DNA of 64,000 nt, from positions 964 to 64,963 of the forward strand of contig CAMTVK010000003.1 in assembly GCA_947085185.1 (NCBI GenBank). Direction: 5' to 3'. The translations under genes and the position numbers were made by a program. The notes below the pieces were generated by a model, which saw only the letters and a program-made list of their open reading frames with translations, searched no databases and was not told the origin of the DNA. Within the stretch, counting starts at the first letter, position 1. Each line of letters begins with the position of its first letter. Shown here in pieces: positions 17,199 to 26,612 of the stretch. This DNA is from Candidatus Fraserbacteria bacterium (GTDB taxonomy: Bacteria > Bipolaricaulota > Bipolaricaulia > RBG-16-55-9 > DRXL01).

Positions 17199-17359
17199 AG
17201 GGGCGACCTCCTTGTCTGTGAGCTTTTTGATTGTAGGGCCCCATCTTGCTGTGCACCATGACCCAGCGCAGCTTTTTCAATGATAATGAGCATGGTCTCT
17301 ATGCTCGAGTGGCAATCGTACTCGTGGCTCCATTATAATAACGCGCGAAGGAGGCATCC

Positions 17360-18526
17360 ATGCGCGATGTGGTCGTTCTTGGGGTTGGCTCGACGACTTT
17401 TTCAAGCCAAACCCCCGAGGTCAACTGGAAGGAGCTCATCTACGACGCGGCTGTGAAAGCCTACGCCGACGCTCAGATAGACCCACGACGCGACGTCGAC
17501 AGCTTCGTCACGTGTGCCGAAGATTTTTGGGAGGGCTTTTCGATCTTCGATGAGTTCACCCCCGATCAGTTGGGGGCAGCGCTGCGCCCGATGATGACCG
17601 TCACTGGCGACGGCCTGCACGGCCTGGCCAACGCCTATATGCAGATCAAATCCGGGGTAGCTCATATCGTTGTGGTCGAGGCCCACAGCAAGATCTCCGA
17701 GCTCTTGACGTACGAGCACGTCACGGAGCTCGCGTTCGATCCCATCTATGAGCGCCCGCTCTCAGCCGAGCGCGAGGTGCACCCGTACTATGTCGCCGGC
17801 TTAGAGATGAATCTCTATCTGCACGCGACGGGGACGACCGAGGAGCAGTGCGCGTTCATCGCCGTGCTCAACCGACGCCAAGCCCTGATGAATCCCATCG
17901 CGCCCTATGGGGCGCGCATTGGGCTCCAAGAGATCTTCAGTTCGGGCTATGCGTTCACGCCCTTAAAGCGCTGGGAGATCGCCTCTCGGGCTGATGGGTG
18001 CATTGTCTTTGTCTTGGCTGCAGAAGAGATCGCACGACGGATCACAAAGAAGCCGTTGGTCTACTTAGAAGGGATCGGGTGGTCGTCGGAATCCCCATGG
18101 ATCTCTGCTCGGAGCGCCGATGCCGGCTACGTCCGACGTGCGGCGCAGCTGGCCTATCGTCAAGCGGGGATCACCGATCCCAGAAGGCAGATTGACGTTA
18201 TCGAGGTCGAGGATCGCTTTGCGTTCAAAGAGCTGCAGCACATTGAAGCGCTAGGGATGGCGCGGCCTGGGGAGGCGGGCTGGCTGGCGCAGTCGGGCGC
18301 TTTAGGGCCTGATGGTGAGCTCAAGGTCAATCCCAGCGGGGGCTCGCTGGGCTGTGGGGACTTACTAGAGGCGTCAGGGCTCCAGCGGGCATTGGAGATT
18401 GTGTTGCAATTGCGTGGCGAGGCTGGGGCACGCCAAGTCCCCAACGCGCGCGTTGGGGTGGCTCAGTCGTGGCGCGGCGTGCCTCATGGGACGGGAGCGG
18501 TGGCAGTGTTTGCAAGAAGGGATTAG
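17360..18526 (+). CDS. Thiolase-superfamily protein (SCP-x/archaeal-type, DUF35-associated)
   Basis: MRDVVVLGVGSTTF… thiolase-like N-terminus; GAAGGAGG RBS. Confidence 0.75.
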   Translation: MRDVVVLGVGSTTFSSQTPEVNWKELIYDAAVKAYADAQIDPRRDVDSFVTCAEDFWEGFSIFDEFTPDQLGAALRPMMTVTGDGLHGLANAYMQIKSGVAHIVVVEAHSKISELLTYEHVTELAFDPIYERPLSAEREVHPYYVAGLEMNLYLHATGTTEEQCAFIAVLNRRQALMNPIAPYGARIGLQEIFSSGYAFTPLKRWEIASRADGCIVFVLAAEEIARRITKKPLVYLEGIGWSSESPWISARSADAGYVRRAAQLAYRQAGITDPRRQIDVIEVEDRFAFKELQHIEALGMARPGEAGWLAQSGALGPDGELKVNPSGGSLGCGDLLEASGLQRALEIVLQLRGEAGARQVPNARVGVAQSWRGVPHGTGAVAVFARRD

Positions 18527-18555
18527 CAGGGGAGAGGTCACGAAAGGAGTAACTT

Positions 18556-19737
18556 ATGGACCTGAAAAAGCGCAGGAAGGACGTGGCGGTCGTCGGCGCG
18601 GGGATGACCATCTTTGCCAGAAGGCTTCAAGAGACGGGCAAGGAGATGAGCTGGGAGGCCGCCAAGATGGCCCTCGAAGGGGCCGGGCTCACTCTCGATG
18701 ACATTGATGCTGTGATTGTAGGCTCAGCCCCGGATGCGTTCGATGGCGTGCACAAGAAGGGCGAGTGGCTCTTAGATGGTGCCGGGGGTACCAATAAGCC
18801 CTTCATGCGCGTCTTCACGGGCGGCGGCACGGCGGTCTTCGCGCCCATTGCTGGCTGGTGGCACGTCGCCTCTGGGATGTTTAGGAGGGTCCTAGTCGTC
18901 TGTGAAGAGAGGATGTCATCAGTCCAGCCCCACGTCCAAAGTGCCTTCGCGCACATTTGGGACCCCATCTTAGACAGGCCCTTAAAGCCCAACTTGGTCT
19001 GGATCTTTGCCATGGAGATGCAGCGCTATATGTATAAGTACAACGTGCGCTACGAAGATATCGCACTCGTAGCTGTGAAGAACAAGCGCAACGCCGTGGG
19101 GCATCCGTGCGCGCAGCTGGCCGATCCCAATATCACCCTCGAAGATGTCTTAAATTCTGAGCCTATGGCCCTGCCCGTCAGAAGATTAGATATCAGTCCG
19201 CCGTCCGATGGCGCCTCAGCTGTGGTGCTCGTCAGCGAGGACGTCGCCTATGAGCACACGGATACGCCCGTGTGGATTGATGGCGTCGGCTGGTGCATCG
19301 ACACGACGATGTGGACGAACAGAGACTTGGCATTCCCCAAGTTCGTCGCCAAGGCCGCGAAGATGGCCTACGAGATGGCCGGCATCAAAGACCCCAGAAG
19401 AGAGATTGATATTGCCGAGCCGTATGACCCCTTCGATTACAAAGAGCTTCAGCATATGGAGGCATTGGGGTTGGCTGATCCCGGGGAAGCGGCTCTCATG
19501 ACGCGCGAGGGCAAGACGCAGCGGGACGGGGAGCTTCCGGTCTGTCCTAGCGGGGGGCTGTTAGGTGTGGGCAATCCCATTTCCGCGGCGTTGGGGATCA
19601 AGATCGGGGAGCTCTATTGGCAGCTATCGGGCCAGGCCGGGCCACGCCAAGTCAAAAGAGACGTGCGCACGGGGGTCGCTCAAGCCTGGGGCGATCTGAT
19701 GCAATTCAGTTCTGTCATTGTGATGAGGAGGCGCTAA
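18556..19737 (+). CDS. Thiolase-superfamily protein, second paralogue
   Basis: MDLKKRRKDVAVVGAGMTIF…; paralogous to preceding gene. Confidence 0.75.
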   Translation: MDLKKRRKDVAVVGAGMTIFARRLQETGKEMSWEAAKMALEGAGLTLDDIDAVIVGSAPDAFDGVHKKGEWLLDGAGGTNKPFMRVFTGGGTAVFAPIAGWWHVASGMFRRVLVVCEERMSSVQPHVQSAFAHIWDPILDRPLKPNLVWIFAMEMQRYMYKYNVRYEDIALVAVKNKRNAVGHPCAQLADPNITLEDVLNSEPMALPVRRLDISPPSDGASAVVLVSEDVAYEHTDTPVWIDGVGWCIDTTMWTNRDLAFPKFVAKAAKMAYEMAGIKDPRREIDIAEPYDPFDYKELQHMEALGLADPGEAALMTREGKTQRDGELPVCPSGGLLGVGNPISAALGIKIGELYWQLSGQAGPRQVKRDVRTGVAQAWGDLMQFSSVIVMRRR

Positions 19738-19740
19738 CTA

Positions 19741-20261
19741 TGAGCAAGAGAGCCGAGTTCGGTCCGCCGCCCAATCCGCGAGGGCATCGCCTTGACGTAG
19801 AAGACTTAGAGAAGATCCCGCACATTCGTGCCAAGCCTTCTGCAAAGTACGCGTGGGCCGCAGGTACGGCGATGAGTCGCTTCTTAGAGGAGCTCAAGAA
19901 CGGCAGGATCATCGGACGCAAGTGCGCTCGATGCCATCGGGTGCTCGTGCCACCAAGAATGTTCTGCGAGCGGTGTTTCCAGCCCACGACAGAGTGGGTC
20001 TATCTGCCGGGCACGGCCGTCGTCGAGACGTTCTCGATCTCATATATAGATACGAACGCCAATCGCATCAAAGAACCGATCTTAGTGGGCACGGTCGCGT
20101 TTGATGGGGCGCCGCCCCATTGTGGGATCATGCACTATTTTGGGGAGGTCTCCCTGGAAGAACTCACGATCGGGATGCCCGTTGAGCCCGTATGGAGGCC
20201 CAAAGAAGAGCGCGTCGGCTCGATCTTAGATATTCAATATTTTCGGCCACGCCGAAAGTGA
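19741..20261 (+). CDS. DUF35 Zn-ribbon/OB-fold protein (thiolase/aldolase partner)
   Basis: CARCHRVLVPPRMFCERC rubredoxin-like motif; ATG 19741 right after upstream stop. Confidence 0.75.
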
Positions 20262-20272
20262 GGGAACATCTC

Positions 20273-20740
20273 ATGCTGGAGAGAATCGAGAAGGCGACAG
20301 AAACCCGTCATTGGCTTGGGGACATGGAGGCCGATCACTATTATTATAGCGCGGGGATCGCCGGGGAGAAATTCTTCACGGCGCTGCGCGATGACGGCAA
20401 GATCCTCGGAGCGCACTGCCCCACGTGCCATCTCACCTACGTACCCCCGAGAATCTACTGCGAGCGCTGCTTCGCCGAGCTCACAGAGTATAAAGACGTA
20501 GGCACGCGCGGCCGTGTTGTGGCGTTCACCATAGCGCACTACGACAAAGCAGGGAATCGCTTAGAGCCGCCGGAGAGCTTCGCTCTCATTAGTTTTGGCC
20601 CGTGCGTGACGCCACTGTTGCACAGATTGGGCGAGGTCGAGCCGGAAAGAATCTGCGTGGGCATGGAAGTCGAGATGGTGTTGAAGCCCAAGCGTGAGGG
20701 CAAGATCACGGATATTCTATATTTTAAGCCGATTTCTTGA
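20273..20740 (+). CDS. DUF35 Zn-ribbon/OB-fold protein, second paralogue
   Basis: CPTCHLTYVPPRIYCERC motif; AGGGA RBS before ATG 20273. Confidence 0.75.
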   Translation: MLERIEKATETRHWLGDMEADHYYYSAGIAGEKFFTALRDDGKILGAHCPTCHLTYVPPRIYCERCFAELTEYKDVGTRGRVVAFTIAHYDKAGNRLEPPESFALISFGPCVTPLLHRLGEVEPERICVGMEVEMVLKPKREGKITDILYFKPIS

Positions 20741-20858
20741 CTTGATTGCCTTCTCTGTGTAACAATACAGAAGTCTCGGTATTGGCTGATTTGGGATGAT
20801 ACTCTTGCGCGGTATCATAGATCGAATGCGCCAGACACAGTATGATAAGGAGCATACG

Positions 20859-21830
20859 ATGGAGATCATCGAATCTGGGCAGAAGGAGCTCCTCCAGCCC
20901 CCCGACGTGGAAGAGTTCCGCCGGTGGCTGAAGGAGAACAAGTCTCCGGCCATGCGGGACAAAGTCATGGACGAGCATGAGGCCGTCAAGCGCTTCGTCA
21001 AAGACGGCGATTATATTGGGGTCGAGCTCTACGGCACGGTGCGCTGCCCCATGTCTATCATTCGGGAGATCGTGCGCCAGGGCAAAAAAAAGCTCAGACT
21101 CGCGGGGCAAGGGCTCCTCGAGATCGACTTTCTCGTGGCCGCCGGCCTGGTCGAAGCCATGGATATCACGTATGTCGGCTATGAAGTTCTGGGACTGTCG
21201 AATATTCTCCGTCGCGCCGCCGAGAGTGGGAAAGTCAAACTCGTCGAGTGGAGCAACGCGGCGATGGCCTGGCGCTTCAAGGCCGCTGCTATGGGCGTCC
21301 CGTTCATCCCTGTGCGTTCTATGCTGGGCACCGATACGCTCAAGTACAGCGCTGCCAAAGTCGTGCGCGACCCGTTCACCGGGATCGCTGTGACGCTCCT
21401 GCCCGCATTAATCTTAGACGTCGGGATCATCCACGTCCATCGCGCAGACAGATACGGCAACGCGCAGATCGACGGGATTTCTGGGTTCGCGTTCGAGATG
21501 GCCCGCGCTTCGAAACGCTTGATTATCAGCACCGAAGAGCTCATCCCCACTGCAGAGATTCAGCGCTATCCCGAGCGCACGATCATCCCATGGTTCTTAG
21601 TCGACGCTGTCGTCGTGGCACCCTTTGGGTCGCACCCTGGCGAGATGTGCTATTGCTATGAGCGCGACCAAGAGCATCTGGTAGAGTTTCTCAAGGCTGC
21701 TGAGACTGAAGAGACGACCCAGCAATACTTACAGAAATACGTCTATGGGCCCAAGACCCATCAAGAGTATCTCGATTTGATTGGGCGAGATCGTTTAGAA
21801 GCGCTGAAGCGGGCGAATAAGGGACGGTGA
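20859..21830 (+). CDS. CoA-transferase family I subunit A (glutaconate/3-oxoacid CoA-transferase alpha-like)
   Basis: Subunit-A-like pattern; AAGGAG RBS before ATG 20859. Confidence 0.8.
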   Translation: MEIIESGQKELLQPPDVEEFRRWLKENKSPAMRDKVMDEHEAVKRFVKDGDYIGVELYGTVRCPMSIIREIVRQGKKKLRLAGQGLLEIDFLVAAGLVEAMDITYVGYEVLGLSNILRRAAESGKVKLVEWSNAAMAWRFKAAAMGVPFIPVRSMLGTDTLKYSAAKVVRDPFTGIAVTLLPALILDVGIIHVHRADRYGNAQIDGISGFAFEMARASKRLIISTEELIPTAEIQRYPERTIIPWFLVDAVVVAPFGSHPGEMCYCYERDQEHLVEFLKAAETEETTQQYLQKYVYGPKTHQEYLDLIGRDRLEALKRANKGR

Positions 21831-21834
21831 GCAG

Positions 21835-22596
21835 ATGGCCAACTATAGCCCCACGGAGCTGATGATCTGTATCGCCGCGCGCTTAATGAAAGAAGCGCGC
21901 ACGGCATTTATCGGCACGGGCATCCCTATGTTAGCAGCGTCTTTGGCGAAAAAGCTCTATAACCCTGATCTCATTGCGATCTTCGAGTTTGGCGGCATCG
22001 GGGCCTCACTCGAAGATCTGCCCCGAGCTGTAGGCGAAGCCCGCACGTTCTATCGCGCCATGGTCGCCACGGGCATCTGCGATGTGATGGAGACGGCCCA
22101 GCGCGGGCTTATTGAATACGGCTTTTTGGGCGGTGCGCAAATTGATCCCTACGGGAACTTAAATACGACCGTGATCGGCCCGCACGACAAACCCAAAGTG
22201 CGCCTTCCCGGCAGCGGCGGGGCCAACGACGTCGGGTCGCTGTGCTGGCGCACGATCGCGATCATGAAGCACGAGAAGAAGCGCTTTGTCGAGAGGGTAG
22301 ATTTTATCACGACGCCGGGGTATTTGAGCGGGCCGGGGGCGCGGGAGCGGGCCGGACTGCCCGCCGGGACGGGACCATATCGCGTCGTCACGGATTTAGC
22401 TCTCTTGGGCTACGACGACGCGACCAAGCGCATGATGCTCGTCGCGACTCATCCTGGTGTGACCGTTGAGCAAGTCACTGAGAACACGGGCTTTGAGCTA
22501 ATTACTCCCAAGAAAGTCACACAGAACGAGCCGCCAACCCCCGATGAGCTGCGCGTGCTGCGCACGGAAGTCGACCCTGAAAGACTGTATATTTGA
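21835..22596 (+). CDS. CoA-transferase family I subunit B
   Basis: EFGGIG catalytic-Glu region, size 253 aa, immediately follows subunit A. Confidence 0.8.
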   Translation: MANYSPTELMICIAARLMKEARTAFIGTGIPMLAASLAKKLYNPDLIAIFEFGGIGASLEDLPRAVGEARTFYRAMVATGICDVMETAQRGLIEYGFLGGAQIDPYGNLNTTVIGPHDKPKVRLPGSGGANDVGSLCWRTIAIMKHEKKRFVERVDFITTPGYLSGPGARERAGLPAGTGPYRVVTDLALLGYDDATKRMMLVATHPGVTVEQVTENTGFELITPKKVTQNEPPTPDELRVLRTEVDPERLYI

Positions 22597-22602
22597 CTGC
22601 AG

Positions 22603-24210
22603 CTACGTCTCTTCGTAGAGATATCTCTTAATATCGAGCTTGCTCGACTTCTCAAAGGGCTTATCTAAAATAATTAAATCGTGCTGGCTGTGCACGCGCT
22701 TGTAGGGTGCTAAGTCTTTGCTCTTCTCTTTGATCGCCTCCCAGATCATCTTCTTGAGATCTTCGAGCGAGTGTCTCTGCAAGAGCTCCGGTTTGGGATA
22801 GACAAACGCCTTGATGACCTCAAGCCCTTTGCGCTTGCCCCCCTTGATCATGATCTCCTCGATCAAGGGGATCTGCTTGAGCTCAAATTCGATTTCCTCG
22901 GGGTAGACGTTCTTGCCCCCTTCTAAGACGATCACGTTCTTCTTGCGGCCCTTAATATAGAGCCAGCCGTCTTCGTCTACGTATCCCAGATCGCCCGTGT
23001 GGAGCCAACCGTCGGGATCTATGACGCTCTTGGTCGCTTCAGGATTTTTATAGTAGCCCTTCATGACATTGGGGCCGCGCACGACAATCTCCCCGATGCC
23101 CTCGTCGTTAGGGTTGTCAATGCGGATCTCCACGCCGGGGATCGCCGGGCCGACCGAGCCGATCTTGTCGTTGAACGGCGTGCTGAATGTCAGCGCCGGC
23201 GATGTCTCTGTCAGCCCGTAGCCCTCGATCATCCCGATCCCCAGCCGCCGCAAGCCCCTCATGACCTTGGTATCCAAGGGGGCCCCACCCGAGAGAAAAT
23301 ATTTGAGCTGATTCCCGCCGACTAAGCGCTTCTTGATCCGTGCCCCCAGCAGCGTCGGCGCGTAACGCCACAAGAGGCGCGCGAGCCGGTTCTCTTGAAT
23401 AGCGCCCTCTAATTTTTCGTACATCGCATGGAAGAGCTTGGGCACGCCCACGAGAATGCTCACCTTGTTCTCAACCATATAGTGGGGCAGATTTTTATAG
23501 TCATCGGTGTAGATGAGCTGCGCGCCGGCATGGAGACAACAGACGAGCACAATAAGCCCAAAGACGTGGTACCATGGGGGGATCGCCAAGACCACGTCTT
23601 GATCGGTGAAATCGATGCGGCTGAGCGCACTTTTGGCGTTGCTCACGATGTTCGTGTGAGAGAGCATGACGCCCTTGGCGTTGCCCGTCGTCCCCGAGGT
23701 GCAGAGCATCACGGCGACTTCGTCGGGATCGGCTTCATAGCCCTCTCCAGACCCGCCGGTGAGCCAATCGCTCACGGCGGGCACTCCCGGCAGACGGTCC
23801 ATAGTCACAATATGCTGAAGGTGTTTTTGATCTTTGACCATCTCATAGTGTGGGGCGTCAGCGACGGCGGCGCCGACGGCGTCCATCTCGCGCAGGACGC
23901 GCTGGACTTCAGGGGCTTGCCATGAGGCATCAATGGGCAGAGCCACCCCGCCAGCTTTGAGAATCCCCAGCCATACTATGGCCCAATCCGTCCGTGGCTT
24001 GCCGATGATCGCGAACTTTTCCCCCTTCTGCAGGCCGCGCCTCTGCAAAGTCGCCGCGAACTGATCCGATTTTCTCTGCAATTCCGCAAAAGAGATCTGA
24101 TCGTATCCTCCGGTGTGCTTGGGGATCTTGAGGGCGATCTTCTCCCCTTGACGGCTCAACGTCTGCTCGATCAACTCAACGAGCGTCTCCGTGCGTAGAG
24201 CTGTGTTCAT
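22603..24210 (-). CDS. AMP-dependent acyl-CoA synthetase/ligase
   Basis: TSGTTGNAKGVMLSH AMP-binding motif; start at internal ATG 24210 with AAGGAGG RBS. Confidence 0.85.
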   Translation of the reverse strand: MNTALRTETLVELIEQTLSRQGEKIALKIPKHTGGYDQISFAELQRKSDQFAATLQRRGLQKGEKFAIIGKPRTDWAIVWLGILKAGGVALPIDASWQAPEVQRVLREMDAVGAAVADAPHYEMVKDQKHLQHIVTMDRLPGVPAVSDWLTGGSGEGYEADPDEVAVMLCTSGTTGNAKGVMLSHTNIVSNAKSALSRIDFTDQDVVLAIPPWYHVFGLIVLVCCLHAGAQLIYTDDYKNLPHYMVENKVSILVGVPKLFHAMYEKLEGAIQENRLARLLWRYAPTLLGARIKKRLVGGNQLKYFLSGGAPLDTKVMRGLRRLGIGMIEGYGLTETSPALTFSTPFNDKIGSVGPAIPGVEIRIDNPNDEGIGEIVVRGPNVMKGYYKNPEATKSVIDPDGWLHTGDLGYVDEDGWLYIKGRKKNVIVLEGGKNVYPEEIEFELKQIPLIEEIMIKGGKRKGLEVIKAFVYPKPELLQRHSLEDLKKMIWEAIKEKSKDLAPYKRVHSQHDLIILDKPFEKSSKLDIKRYLYEET

Positions 24211-24220
24211 AGACCCTCCT

Positions 24221-25174
24221 TCACTCGATCCAACGTCCGTCTTCAAGATACTGTTGGGCCTCTAATGCTGCGATACAGCCGTCTGCTGCCGCGATGACCG
24301 CTTGCGCGTATTCTCCAGAAAACTTGCGCACATCCCCTACCGCGAAGACCCCGGGGATCTTCGTGCGCGTGCGCTCGTCTGTGAGAATGTACCCCTTCTC
24401 GTCCATCTCTACTTTCCCCTTGAGAAATTCTGTGTTGGGGCGGTGCCCGATGCTCACGAAGACCCCGTGCACATCGCGCATCTCCGTGAGCTTCCCCGTC
24501 GCTAAATCTTTGAGCACCACGCCCTCGACACGCATGTCGCCGAGAATCTCTTCAACGGCGGTGTTCCAGAGAAAGCTGAACTTGGGATGGGCTTTCACTT
24601 TTTCGACTAAGAGCTGATCTTTGGCGCGGATCGCTTTGGGATCGTCCTTGGGGTGGCGCACGACCATGCGCACGGAATTCACTAACTTCAATAAGAAGAG
24701 CGCCTCGGTGAACGCCGCGTCCCCTGCCCCTACCATGAGCACGTCTTTATCGCGGAAGAAGTAGCCATCGCACGTGGCACAGTACGAGACGCCACGCCCT
24801 AAGAGCCTCTCGGCGTTTGTGGCGGGGAGCTTCACCGGTTCTGCGCCGGTCGAAATAATGACGACCGGGGCTTCGTAGAGGCCTTGCTCGGTCTTGACGA
24901 GTCTCTTTGCCCCGCTGAGAATAAGATCCTTGGCTTCTTCGAGCTTGATCTGGACCCCAAATCTTTGGGCTTGCTGGACCATGCGCTGCATGAGTTCTGG
25001 CCCCATGATGGGTTCGGGGAACCCCGGAAAATTTTCGACCTCGGTCGTGTCGTTGAGCTGGCCGCCTGGGGTCTTTTTATCTAAAATAAGCGTCTGGAGT
25101 TTGGCGCGCCCCGCGTAGATCGCCGCCGTCAGCCCGGCAGGCCCTCCCCCAATGATAATCAGATCGTAGCCCAT
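24221..25174 (-). CDS. trxB: Thioredoxin-disulfide reductase
   Basis: IIGGGPAG FAD motif, CATC redox motif, NADPH Rossmann. Confidence 0.9.
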   Translation of the reverse strand: MGYDLIIIGGGPAGLTAAIYAGRAKLQTLILDKKTPGGQLNDTTEVENFPGFPEPIMGPELMQRMVQQAQRFGVQIKLEEAKDLILSGAKRLVKTEQGLYEAPVVIISTGAEPVKLPATNAERLLGRGVSYCATCDGYFFRDKDVLMVGAGDAAFTEALFLLKLVNSVRMVVRHPKDDPKAIRAKDQLLVEKVKAHPKFSFLWNTAVEEILGDMRVEGVVLKDLATGKLTEMRDVHGVFVSIGHRPNTEFLKGKVEMDEKGYILTDERTRTKIPGVFAVGDVRKFSGEYAQAVIAAADGCIAALEAQQYLEDGRWIE

Positions 25175-25310
25175 CTCCGTTCGTGCTCCTCCTTCTTGGT
25201 CGTGAACTCTCTATAATAGCGTGTGATGGGAGAACAAGGCAAATGCCCCCTTGCTAAACTGCAAAAAATCGGTAAACTGTAGATACGTACCTATAGAGGA
25301 GGACCTGCTT

Positions 25311-26612
25311 ATGGCTGTCAAAGCACTGTTCAAATCTGGCACAAGAGATTCGAAATCTCTGCTCCAGAAGATGGAGCGCTACGTCCCTCGCGCCGTCTCC
25401 CCTTTGGCGCCGTTTATTATCTCTGAAGGGCGCGGGGCTCTCGTGAGGGACCTCGAAGGGAACTCGTATATTGACTTCACTGGGGGATGGGGGTGTCTCA
25501 TCGTCGGCCATGCCCACCCCAAAGTCGTGCACGCCATCCAAGAGCAAGCACAGAAGTTCACGCATACAGACTGTAGCGTCATCATGTATGACGTGTATAT
25601 TGAGCTGGCCGAGCGCTTAGTCAAGCTTGCCCCCGGCTCTTCTCCGAAGAAAGCGATCTTTTTCAATTCCGGTGCGGAAGCCGTCGAGAATGCTGTCAAG
25701 ATCGCGCGATCGTATACGAAGCGCAAGGCCGTGGTCGTCTTCGACGGGGCGTTTCACGGACGGACCTATATGGCCCTCACCATGACCCATAAAGCTAGAC
25801 CCTACAAAGAGGGCTTCGCCCCGTTCTGCTCTGATGTCTATCGCATGCCCTTCCCCAATCCCTACCGCCAGCCCATGGATTTCCAGCGCTGGGAGAGACA
25901 GCTCTTCAGTTTGGTCAACCCCGAGGAGATCGCGTGTATTGTCTTTGAGCCGGTGCAAGGTGAGGGCGGGTTTGTCGTTCCTCAAGAGGGCTTTGTGCAG
26001 TTCTTGCGCGAGCTTACCAAAAGACACGGGATCGTCTTAGTAGCCGACGAGATTCAAACGGGCGTGGGGCGCACCGGGAAGTTCTACGCCCATGAGCACT
26101 TCTGTGTCGAGCCCGATCTTATCACATTAGCGAAGTCGCTCGCCGCGGGGATGCCCCTCAGCGCTGTTGTTGGCGTTCAAGAGGTCATGGATGCACCAGG
26201 TGATAGCGCCATCGGCGGGACGTATGTGGGCAACCCTGTGGCGTGTGCGGCTGCTTTAGCGGTGCTTGAGATTATCGAAGAAGAGAAGCTCCTAGAGCGC
26301 GCTCTGGCGCTGGGGCAATATATGCGGGAGCGCTTCGAGCAGATGCAGCAAAAATACGAGATCGTAGGGGACGTGCGGGGCCTGGGCGCGATGGTGGGCA
26401 TGGAGCTCGTGAAAGACCGCACGACAAAAGAGCCCGCCTCGGATGAGACGATGGCCGTCGTCAGAGAGTGCTTAGCTCATGGCGTGATCATCGCCAAGGC
26501 CGGCTTATACGGGAACGTCATGCGGATGCTCATCCCGCTCGTCATCAAAGAAGACGAGCTGCAGCGAGGTTGTGACGTCATCGAGCGCGCGATCGCACAA
26601 GTCTCACGCTAA
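25311..26612 (+). CDS. Class III aminotransferase (4-aminobutyrate aminotransferase-like)
   Basis: Colinear class-III PLP aminotransferase pattern; GAGGAGG RBS before ATG 25311. Confidence 0.85.
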   Translation: MAVKALFKSGTRDSKSLLQKMERYVPRAVSPLAPFIISEGRGALVRDLEGNSYIDFTGGWGCLIVGHAHPKVVHAIQEQAQKFTHTDCSVIMYDVYIELAERLVKLAPGSSPKKAIFFNSGAEAVENAVKIARSYTKRKAVVVFDGAFHGRTYMALTMTHKARPYKEGFAPFCSDVYRMPFPNPYRQPMDFQRWERQLFSLVNPEEIACIVFEPVQGEGGFVVPQEGFVQFLRELTKRHGIVLVADEIQTGVGRTGKFYAHEHFCVEPDLITLAKSLAAGMPLSAVVGVQEVMDAPGDSAIGGTYVGNPVACAAALAVLEIIEEEKLLERALALGQYMRERFEQMQQKYEIVGDVRGLGAMVGMELVKDRTTKEPASDETMAVVRECLAHGVIIAKAGLYGNVMRMLIPLVIKEDELQRGCDVIERAIAQVSR

